From contig NZ_CP042911.1 of assembly GCF_008065095.1 (NCBI RefSeq), positions 3,960,001 through 3,992,000 of the forward strand: 32,000 nucleotides of DNA, given 5' to 3'. This document shows positions 24,231-31,713 of the stretch, piece by piece; the first letter of the stretch is position 1; every line of letters begins with the position of its first letter. The DNA comes from Gemmata obscuriglobus. GTDB lineage: Bacteria; Planctomycetota; Planctomycetia; Gemmatales; Gemmataceae. Under the pieces are notes generated by a model. The model was not told where the DNA came from. It did not search any database and worked only from the letters and a program-made list of their open reading frames with translations. The position numbers and the translations under genes were made by a program.

Positions 24231-26669
24231 CTACGCGGCCACCTCGCGGTTCCGCATTAAATAGTACGCGAGTACGGCCCAGGGCAGCAGGTAGCCGGCG
24301 GTGACCACCAGGTTCACCACGAGGTACTCGGCGTTGATGTTGAAGCCCTCCGCCACGAAGTGGCCCCAACTGAAGGACTCCACGTCCGGGATCAGGTTCT
24401 GGAACCGGCGGAAGAACCACGCCGCGATCTTGTCGCCGAACATCAGCGCCCGCGTCCCGGCCGAGTCGGTCACCTGCGCGGTGGACTGCTCCGCCTTCAC
24501 GATCTGCGAGAGGCTCTGGAACGGGCCGCCGATGTTCCGCCCCGTCGCCAGGTCGGTCAGGTGGTCGGTGAACAGCCCGATGATGTAGATGCCAGCGGAC
24601 AGCAGGAACGCCAGGATGCCGCTGAGGTACGTGCTGGCCGCGACCGCCACGCCGATGAACATGCACAGCCGGCACCAGAGCCCGATCATGCTCTTGAAGA
24701 AGTTCACCTCGTAGCGCAGCTCGTTGCGGAGCAGGTACAGGTCCGGCTCGGCCATCCCGAGCAACTGGCCGGGGCTCTCGCACTTGACGTAGATCGCGAG
24801 CCGCGGCAGCGTCTGCCCCCGCTCGTCCTTGCCCGGAGTGCCCTGGTTGGCGCTGCGGAACAGCCCGGCCGGCACCTCAATGCCCATGACCGTGTAGTCC
24901 AGCACCCGCTTGCCCCGGAGTTCGAAGAACCCGAACTCCTCGGCGAGCGCGCTGACGGCCTTCCACGCCGGGGTCCCGGGCCGCGGGTCGGACACGTTCG
25001 CCGGCTCCGTCGTAACCAGCCCGTCCGCTTCGGTCACCTTGACGCCGTTCGCCTTGAGCTTCTCGGCCAGGCTCTTCATGCGCTGGGCCAGCCGCAGCTC
25101 GGCGCGCTCCTGGTCCGTCTTGGGTTCGCCGCCCTTGAGGCGGGCCGCGAGCCGCGCGTCGATCAGCGCCCCGGTGAGCAACCGTTGGACCGCGGCGGCG
25201 TAGTCGGCGCCCTGGTCGGCGTCCACCCACCGCCACTCGGCCCCCTCCTGCTTGGAGGGCTGGCGCTGGGGCGCGTTGTGGGTGGCGATGGTGAAGTTCG
25301 TCAGCACCCCCGCGTCCTGCTCGCCCTTGGTCATCCGGTACACGTCGAAGGTGAACTCGAGCGGCACGCGGTCCCCTTCGGGGCGCTCCAGGTCGGTCGG
25401 CACGGTGGCGAACTTCCAGATGCCGCGCTGGGGGGAGTCCGGGTGCCCGGCGATGTACCGCCGGTAGTCGAACTCGCGGCCCACGTTGGTGCCCTCGAAG
25501 TCCTTCTTCTCCTGCCGGTCCTGGGCCAGCATGCTCTTGAACTCGAGCTTCCCGCGGTGCGGCACCCGGGCCTTGTACGTCTCCGCGCGGGCCTGCGGGG
25601 ACACCGACGTGTTGGCGATCAGCGCCACGCTAATGCCGGTGAGCCCGAGCAGCACCAGGGTCATCAGCGACACGTACCCGATGAACCGCCCGAGCACGAT
25701 CTCGAACCGCTCCACCGGCTTCGAGACAATGGTGAAGATGTTCAGGCTCTTGATGTCGTCCGGGATGCCCAGGGCGGCCAGCAGCACGCCCGGCACCAGG
25801 CACAGGATGCTGAGGACGAACGTGATCGTGCCGGTGGTGTTCCGCAGCTCGTCGCTCGGCTTGCTCGGGAAGAACCACTGCCACGGGAACAGGGCCGGGA
25901 GCAGGATGATGAGGAACACCCACAACACCCGCTTGCGGATCACCTCTTTGAAGCTCAGCTTGGCGATGGCCCACACCGGCCCTTCGGCCTCGAACAGCAT
26001 GAGTACGGCGAGCGCCGCCAGCGCCACCCCGGCGCCGACCGCCAGCAGCCACGCCCAGATGGCGGTCAGTTGCGGCGCCCCAATGGCGAACAGCACGGCG
26101 CCGACCGCGAGGTACGCCGCGACCGCACCGCCCACGGCGATCAAGAGGCGCCGGCTCATCAGCCCGGTCGTGTACGTGCCGAGAGCGTGACCGAACCGCT
26201 TGGCCCCGGACGAGTTGAACGACACGTTGCGGCGCAGGATCTTGTACAGGTCTCGCACGAACGGCTCGCACAGCCCGAGCAGCGAGAACAGGCCGCCGAT
26301 CATGAGGGCGATGGCCTGCGCCTGACCGTGCCAGACGGGCAACTCGGGCTTGGGCGACTCGCCCGGCGGGGGAGGGGGGGGCACCGGCACTTCCCCCTTC
26401 TTAAAGATGATGAGCGCCAAGTAGATCGCGTAGCTCACCAGCGCCAGGGCCGCCATGCCGAGCATCCAGGTGGACACCGGGACGCGGAGCCGCTCGGACT
26501 CGGACTTGTCGGTGGGGGTCGCGAGGGCGTACAGCAGGTACACGGCCAGCCCGACGGCCGCGAACCCGCCGGCGTCCTGGAGCCACGCCTGTACGAGGCC
26601 TTGGAGTTCGGCGTACCCCCACGGGTCGCCCCGGTCCAGTTGCAGAATGCCGAACAGCGGCGCCGTCAT
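24231..26669 (-). CDS. ABC-2-type transporter permease-like polytopic membrane protein, 812 aa, with an extra N-terminal TM module and a large extracytoplasmic domain
   Basis: Many hydrophobic segments. The stretch PVWAIAKLSFKEVIRKRVLWVFLIILL resembles the typical opening of ABC-2 permeases, but it begins only around residue 230. A hydrophilic domain of about 290 aa lies between TM clusters. The gene sits downstream of an ABC ATPase on the same strand. Confidence 0.8.
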   Translation of the reverse strand: MTAPLFGILQLDRGDPWGYAELQGLVQAWLQDAGGFAAVGLAVYLLYALATPTDKSESERLRVPVSTWMLGMAALALVSYAIYLALIIFKKGEVPVPPPPPPGESPKPELPVWHGQAQAIALMIGGLFSLLGLCEPFVRDLYKILRRNVSFNSSGAKRFGHALGTYTTGLMSRRLLIAVGGAVAAYLAVGAVLFAIGAPQLTAIWAWLLAVGAGVALAALAVLMLFEAEGPVWAIAKLSFKEVIRKRVLWVFLIILLPALFPWQWFFPSKPSDELRNTTGTITFVLSILCLVPGVLLAALGIPDDIKSLNIFTIVSKPVERFEIVLGRFIGYVSLMTLVLLGLTGISVALIANTSVSPQARAETYKARVPHRGKLEFKSMLAQDRQEKKDFEGTNVGREFDYRRYIAGHPDSPQRGIWKFATVPTDLERPEGDRVPLEFTFDVYRMTKGEQDAGVLTNFTIATHNAPQRQPSKQEGAEWRWVDADQGADYAAAVQRLLTGALIDARLAARLKGGEPKTDQERAELRLAQRMKSLAEKLKANGVKVTEADGLVTTEPANVSDPRPGTPAWKAVSALAEEFGFFELRGKRVLDYTVMGIEVPAGLFRSANQGTPGKDERGQTLPRLAIYVKCESPGQLLGMAEPDLYLLRNELRYEVNFFKSMIGLWCRLCMFIGVAVAASTYLSGILAFLLSAGIYIIGLFTDHLTDLATGRNIGGPFQSLSQIVKAEQSTAQVTDSAGTRALMFGDKIAAWFFRRFQNLIPDVESFSWGHFVAEGFNINAEYLVVNLVVTAGYLLPWAVLAYYLMRNREVAA

Positions 26670-26843
26670 CGAGTCACCCTTGAGTCCGGGATGAGAACCC
26701 CGGCGATTCCCGATACGCGAACCCTGAACCGTTAGATCCGCACGGGCGGCGTGCCGCCCGAACGCCCCGAGCCCGACGGGGTTCTTGTTACATCACGTCG
26801 CTTCGGACCCGCTGCTCCGACCGCGGGCCGAGAACCCGGCGGC

Positions 26844-27770
26844 TCACGCCTTCGGCGGCACCGCGGTGTTCTGCATCGCCTCTTCGGGCGGCAGGTACCG
26901 GCGGCCCGGCCGCGCCCGCGACTCCTCGATCACCCGCAGGAACAGCTCTTCCAGGGTGCTGGCGGGGTGTCCGAGCGTCTCGAGCGTGCCGCCGTACTTC
27001 TTGAACAGCGCCGCCAGTTCGGCCTTCAGCTCGGGGGTCTCCTTGACGCTGCTGGCCCGCACCTCGAGCCGCGCGGCGTCCTCGACGAGAGTCGACACCT
27101 TGCCGAGCGTCTGGAGGTCCCCGTTGTAAAGGATCGCGATTCGCCCGCACACGTCCTGCACGTCCTCCAGCCGGTGCGAGCACATCAGGATGGTTTTGCC
27201 CTTCGCCTTCAGATCGAGGATCAGGTCCTTCATCCACCGGGTGCCGAGCGGGTCGAGGCCCGAGGTCGGCTCGTCGAGGATGATGAGGTCCGGGTCGTTG
27301 ATGAGCGCCTGGGCCAGCCCGATGCGCTGGCGCATGCCCTTCGAGTATTCCTTCAGGATGCGCTTCTTGTCCGCAGACAGCCCCACCCGGTCGATCAGCT
27401 CGGCCGCCCGGCGCTTGCGGGTGTCGGGGTCGATGTTGAACAGCCGGCCGTAGAAGTCGAGCGTCTCTTCCGCGTTGAGGAACCGGTACAGATACGACTC
27501 TTCCGGCAGGTACCCGATGCGCTCGTTCTTCTCGACCTTCGCGGCCGGCTCGCCGAACACGAACGCGTCCCCGGAGGTCGGGAACAGCAGCCCGAGCAGC
27601 AGCTTGATGGTGGTGGTTTTGCCGGACCCGTTCGGCCCGAGCAGCCCGAAGATCTCGCCTTTGTAGATCTTCAGGTCGAGCGCGTTGAGCGCGGTCTTCT
27701 TCTTGCGGCCCCAGAAGTCGCGGTACACCTTGGTGAGGTTGCGGGTCTCAACGACAACGTCTTCGGCCAT
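26844..27770 (-). CDS. ABC transporter ATP-binding protein (ABC-2/exporter-type), 308 aa
   Basis: Walker [14 protein letters not shown]; signature [15 protein letters not shown]; Walker [13 protein letters not shown]; H-loop [13 protein letters not shown] 27770 ([16 protein letters not shown]) with GGAG 9 nt upstream is preferred over GTG 27794. Confidence 0.93.
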   Translation of the reverse strand: MAEDVVVETRNLTKVYRDFWGRKKKTALNALDLKIYKGEIFGLLGPNGSGKTTTIKLLLGLLFPTSGDAFVFGEPAAKVEKNERIGYLPEESYLYRFLNAEETLDFYGRLFNIDPDTRKRRAAELIDRVGLSADKKRILKEYSKGMRQRIGLAQALINDPDLIILDEPTSGLDPLGTRWMKDLILDLKAKGKTILMCSHRLEDVQDVCGRIAILYNGDLQTLGKVSTLVEDAARLEVRASSVKETPELKAELAALFKKYGGTLETLGHPASTLEELFLRVIEESRARPGRRYLPPEEAMQNTAVPPKA

Positions 27771-28140
27771 TTCCAAGCACTCCGGGCGCCGCACGAGCCG
27801 ATTTAGGGGGTGTACCCAGTTGTTACGTACCGGCCCGCGGGCCGGTTCGCCGATATGCTAGGAACCCGCCCCGGGGTGCGGCGAGGCGCGTCCCGCAGTG
27901 TCCCGCAAGCGTTTGCGCCCAAGAGCCGCTTGCGCGACCGCAAAAACGTCCCCGAGCCGGAACGACCCGCAGCACCGGACCTGCTCGACCGGCCGGCACC
28001 CGCATTCCGCGCCTCTCCGCGCCAACCTGTCGCTCGCCCCCAACGCCGGTTCATCGGCGCCGGTTATGACCGTAGGCGCTGAGCCTGCGCGAGCGATACA
28101 AAAGAGGACGAACGTGTCGGCGAATCCCGGAGGGTGGCAG

Positions 28141-28983
28141 ATGAAGCGGTACGGAGTCGGCGCGGTCCTCTTCGGGTTCGCCCTGTCGCTCGCCGGCTGC
28201 GGGCCGGAAAAGGTGCTGCCGACCGACCTCCTGAAGCCCGGCAGCGGCCCGGTTCCGTCGCCGGTGCCCACGAAGTCTGATCCCGAGGCCCTGGCGGTTA
28301 TCGACCAGGCCGTGAAGGCGTTCACCGGCGGAAAGCCGGACCTGCTCGCGAAAGGCAAATACTGCCGGGTCGCGATGAAGGGGCTGATGTACTCGGTGGA
28401 CAGCTCTAATCAATCGGACGCGGTGCGAACGTACGCCGCCGCGTGGCCGGACCGGCTCCACGTCACCAACGACAGTGAATCGTTCGGAAGTAAGCGGGCG
28501 GTCGCTTCCTGGCTCCGCCGCCCGGAGTTCGTGATCACCAGCAACGGAACCGAGGTGCGCCCGCCGAACCCGGCCGAGGTCGAGCAGAACCTCGCCAGCG
28601 ATCTGGTCGGGCAATTGTGGATGGCGTTCCTGCTCCCGGCCACCGATCCAAAAGCGGTCGTGTTCGACCCGCAGACCATCAGCCTCGACAGCCGCGAACT
28701 CAAGCTGGTGAAGCTCTCGCTCGGCGAGTACCCGGTGTACCAACTCTTCTTCGACACGAAATCGAACGCGCTGGTGCGGGTCGAGTACACCATCACCGCA
28801 ACCGGCGTCCCGCGGCGCACGACGATGATCTTTGCGGAGCACAAGCCGGGACCGGACGGGTTACTCCTGCCGTACCGCCTGGAGTGCCTCCACAATAAGT
28901 CGGTCGTCGAGAAGTGGACGGTCGAGAAGTGGGAGTTCCCGGAGACGATCAAGGACGACGAGTTCATGCCGAAGAAGAAGTAA
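28141..28983 (+). CDS. Hypothetical lipoprotein, 280 aa
   Basis: Signal peptide and lipobox MKRYGVGAVLFGFALSLAGC. GGAGGG lies 7 nt upstream of ATG 28141. The mature part is beta-rich in character and no family is recognised. The ORF-track start at 27898 adds an R/P-rich leader and is rejected. Confidence 0.75.
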   Translation: MKRYGVGAVLFGFALSLAGCGPEKVLPTDLLKPGSGPVPSPVPTKSDPEALAVIDQAVKAFTGGKPDLLAKGKYCRVAMKGLMYSVDSSNQSDAVRTYAAAWPDRLHVTNDSESFGSKRAVASWLRRPEFVITSNGTEVRPPNPAEVEQNLASDLVGQLWMAFLLPATDPKAVVFDPQTISLDSRELKLVKLSLGEYPVYQLFFDTKSNALVRVEYTITATGVPRRTTMIFAEHKPGPDGLLLPYRLECLHNKSVVEKWTVEKWEFPETIKDDEFMPKKK

Positions 28984-29265
28984 GCAAGAAGAGATTGGCC
29001 ACAAAAACGCACAAACGGGAACCAGAAACGAAGACGAATGAGAGCAGAAGAGGATTAGCCGCAAAAAAGCACAAAGGGCACAAAAGAAAACCAAAGACGA
29101 AGACAATAGAGGAGCGTTTTAAACTCACTATTCTGTCTTCGTCTTTGGTTTCTTTTTGTGCCCTTTGTGCTTTTTTGCGGCTAACATCCTGCCTTCAGTC
29201 TCTTCGTCTTTGGCTTCTTTTTGTGCCCTTTGTGCGTTTTTGTGGCCAATCCTCTTCTTGCTTGC
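28984..29265. repeat. 282-bp compound palindrome made of four copies (two direct, two inverted) of an A/T-enriched unit of about 60 nt, filling the whole spacer between convergent genes
   Basis: I aligned the left half against the reverse complement of the right half by hand. The outer arms (28984-29015 vs 29229-29261) are identical except for a 1-nt indel. The inner arms share an identical 30-mer, TAGCCGCAAAAAAGCACAAAGGGCACAAAA, plus CCAAAGACGAAGACA. The central loop is about 29110-29127. Unit consensus is roughly GAAGAGGATTRGCCRCAAAAAMGCACAAAGGGCACAAAAAGAAACCAAAGACGAAGA. The element begins 1 nt after the lipoprotein stop and ends 2 nt before the MCE gene stop. Confidence 0.9.
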
Positions 29266-29267
29266 TT

Positions 29268-30803
29268 CTATGGCGGATAGCCCTGAACCGGCGGCGGTTT
29301 GCCGTTGTTCTGTGGCTCGAGCCACGTCGGACCACTGAACGGGCGGGCCGACGACGCCGGCGGCCAGTCCGGGCGGTAGCTCGGCGTCCCGGGCAGCTCC
29401 TTCAACCCGCCGCTGCCGCGGAGCGCGCCGCCGACCCCGATCAGTTCCGGGCGGCGGGCCACCTTGTCCGCGAACACCTCCAGGTCGCGGGTGATCTTCT
29501 CCGAGCGCGCCAGGATGCGGGCCAGCGAGCCCGCGGCCAGGTCGAGGTTCTGGTACACCGTGGGGTCGCTGATGAGCTTCTGAACTGTGCCGTTCTCCTT
29601 GCCGAACGCGTTCACGATTCCGCGGATCTCCGCGATCAGTTTACCGAGCTGCTCGGCGGATTCCGCGACCCCCTTCACGAGCCCCTCCGAGCGTGCCGCG
29701 AGCGGTCGGGTCACCGCCCGCACGTCCGCCACCACCTGCCCCACTTCTGTAACTCGGTCGTCGATGTTCTTGACCGTCTTTTCAGCGCTGTCCAGTAAGG
29801 TGCCGAGCGCGCCGGCGAACTTGACCACGTTCAGCGCCACCGAGTTGAGGTTCTTGAGCAGTTCCGCGAACTGTTTGCGGTTCTCCGGCGACAGCACGTC
29901 GTTCACGTTATCGAACGCCGTCCGCGCCCCCTTCACCGCGGCCGCCACCTCGGGCTCCAGGCGCTTGACGGCGGCACGAACGTCGTCCACCGCCGGCTTG
30001 ATGGTGCGGAGCGCGTCCTGGGCGTCGCGGAAGAGGGTCTTCAGGTTCGGTTCTTCGGGCACGAGCGGGGGTTGGGTCGAGACGAACCCGACGGGCAGCT
30101 CCGCGCCGATCGGAGCCGCCCCCGGCGCGGGCGGTCCCTTGGGGGGAACCGGACCGTCGGGGCCGAGAATGTTCTGAATCTTGGCGTTGGTTTTGCGCAG
30201 CTCGGGGATGAACGCGCGGACGTCCTTGAACAGCGCGGTCGCCTCGTCGGCGGTGGCCTCGATCCGCGGGCCGACCTCGCTCAGCCGTTCCAGTTTCTCG
30301 AACGCCTTGGTCATGCGTTCGAGCGACTGCTGCGCGTTCTGGAGCGCGTTCGACGCCGGGGCCACGAGGCTCCGCGGGGTGATCGGCGTGACGCCCGGGA
30401 TTTCGCTGCCCGGCGGCCAGTCCTCCCCGCGCGGAACGGGCTGGCTGTCGGGACCGAGCTTCGGAAGGAAGTCCACCGCGGTGTCGCCGCTGAGCAGCCC
30501 GCGGGTGATGTGCGCTTCTTCCGACTTCCGCGGCAGGTACTTGCGGTCGAGTTCGATGCGCACCCGCACCTGCCCGCTCTCGGGATCGAGTTCAACCCCC
30601 GTGACCTGGCCGATGCGGACGCCCGATTTGCGGATCGGCGTGCCCGGCCCGAGCCCCGGCGCTTCGGAGAAAAGGACCGAGTATTTGACGTCGGACGAAA
30701 ACACACGGGGCGTGCCGCCGAATAGTACGACGAGGCCCGCGAGCGCGAGCAGCGACGCGCCCATGAACAGCCCCAACCGCATCCGTAGCGCACGCTCGGC
30801 CAT
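29268..30803 (-). CDS. MCE/MlaD-family protein (N-terminal TM, MCE domain, long helical region, Pro-rich tail), 511 aa
   Basis: The opening LGLFMGASLLALAGLVVLFGG...YSVLFSEAPGLGPGTPIRKSGVRIGQVTGVELDPESGQVRVRIELDRKYLPRKSEEAHITRGLLSGDTAVDFLP follows the MlaD/Mce domain pattern (TM, then ...V...GV.VG.V..I.L.......V...I.....I......A.I...GLLG..Y). Confidence 0.85.
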   Translation of the reverse strand: MAERALRMRLGLFMGASLLALAGLVVLFGGTPRVFSSDVKYSVLFSEAPGLGPGTPIRKSGVRIGQVTGVELDPESGQVRVRIELDRKYLPRKSEEAHITRGLLSGDTAVDFLPKLGPDSQPVPRGEDWPPGSEIPGVTPITPRSLVAPASNALQNAQQSLERMTKAFEKLERLSEVGPRIEATADEATALFKDVRAFIPELRKTNAKIQNILGPDGPVPPKGPPAPGAAPIGAELPVGFVSTQPPLVPEEPNLKTLFRDAQDALRTIKPAVDDVRAAVKRLEPEVAAAVKGARTAFDNVNDVLSPENRKQFAELLKNLNSVALNVVKFAGALGTLLDSAEKTVKNIDDRVTEVGQVVADVRAVTRPLAARSEGLVKGVAESAEQLGKLIAEIRGIVNAFGKENGTVQKLISDPTVYQNLDLAAGSLARILARSEKITRDLEVFADKVARRPELIGVGGALRGSGGLKELPGTPSYRPDWPPASSARPFSGPTWLEPQNNGKPPPVQGYPP

Positions 30804-30823
30804 TACATTTTCGTTCCAGGTTT

Positions 30824-30899
30824 CAGGTCCCGAGTTCCCAGCCCGTTAGAGGTAACAGAAGGCGAACCAGGTGCCTGTTAACTTGAAACTCGGAACCTG
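30824..30899. repeat. Imperfect hairpin in the spacer between the lipoprotein and MCE genes; its left side carries tandem heptamers CAGGTTT CAGGTCC CGAGTTC (30817-30837)
   Basis: CAGGTCCCGAGTTCC (30824-30838) pairs with GAAACTCGGAACCTG (30885-30899) at 13 of 15 positions. An inner TAACAG/CTGTTA pair is also present. It belongs to the same heptamer family as 14726-14746 and 20797-20817. Confidence 0.5.
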
Positions 30900-30908
30900 T
30901 AATTGTCC

Positions 30909-31526
30909 CTAGCGACATTCCCGGATTCGCCGCAGGATCTGCTGCTCGAGGGCGTAGTCGCGCCCGGTGCGGATCCAGCCACCGTTCCCGGCCGTTTCGG
31001 CCGTAACCACTTCCACCTGCCGGTCCACGGTGGGCGCCTCCTGGAACACCGCGTTGCCGATGGTGGCGCGGGACGGCCGGGGCACGTCCTCGAGTTCCTT
31101 ATCGACGACAACGTACACCAGATACCCGCCGCGCTCCCCGGCGCGGATCTCGACGCTGGCGGTCTGGCGGGTGCTCTGGAAGGTGGCGAGCAGCCGCAGC
31201 CGCGGGTCCGGGTTGCCGGCCTTCCAGAACTGCTCGTACCCGGGCGCCACCCGCGGCTTCGTCGTGATGCGCCCCTCGTAGGGGTTGGGGGTGTTCAAAT
31301 CGAAGTAGTCGTCGAGCACCTCCACGCACTTCTCGAACACCTCACGGTACGACAGCGCGGTGGGCTGACCGGGGGACACGAGCACCGGGTTCTCGACCTC
31401 GGCGCGGCGGACCGCGACGGGGTTGTCGAGCGGCGGTGCGGTGGCGCACCCGACCGGCGCGAACACGGCACACGTCATTATTACAGCGACACCGGAAGGG
31501 CGCGTAACGACTCGCCGCGTGGTCAT
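30909..31526 (-). CDS. Hypothetical lipoprotein, 205 aa, directly upstream of the MCE gene
   Basis: Signal peptide and lipobox MTTRRVVTRPSGVAVIMTCAVFAPVGC. The composition is protein-like, whereas the opposite-strand ORF 30903..31532 is G/R/L/H-rich shadow. No family recognised. Confidence 0.7.
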   Translation of the reverse strand: MTTRRVVTRPSGVAVIMTCAVFAPVGCATAPPLDNPVAVRRAEVENPVLVSPGQPTALSYREVFEKCVEVLDDYFDLNTPNPYEGRITTKPRVAPGYEQFWKAGNPDPRLRLLATFQSTRQTASVEIRAGERGGYLVYVVVDKELEDVPRPSRATIGNAVFQEAPTVDRQVEVVTAETAGNGGWIRTGRDYALEQQILRRIRECR

Positions 31527-31713
31527 TCGTAACGTCCCTCGGCATCAACTATTTCCGGTAGCGGCGGCGGTATGCCCGAGACCGCCGCGCCGGTCAAGAC
31601 GGGTTGCGCAGCCCGCGCGCCGAGCCGCGCGGGTGGCGCCGTGAAGTTTGCGTACGGGTCAATCGCGGGTGTTGCACCGGCCCCCGGGGTCGGATAGCCT
31701 TTTCAAAAATACC

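Noticed and set aside
21770-27806. Long plus-strand ORFs 21770..24106 (778 aa), 24360..26735 (791 aa) and 26751..27806 (351 aa)
   Set aside because: These are antisense to the 771-aa protein, the permease and the ABC ATPase. Their compositions are dominated by R, L, G, P, H and V, and they have no TM pattern or motifs. The minus-strand products have Walker motifs, TM helices and balanced composition.
28984-29265. CRISPR array
   Set aside because: There are only four repeat units, arranged as two direct plus two inverted copies with no unique spacers between them, and no cas genes are in the window.
28832-29798. ORFs running through the compound palindrome (28832..29041, 28861..29106, 28914..29798, 29128..29325) with K/H/E-rich KHKGHKRKPKTKT-like peptides
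   Set aside because: They are artefacts of translating the A-rich repeat on both strands. The plus-strand 294-aa ORF is also antisense to the MCE gene.
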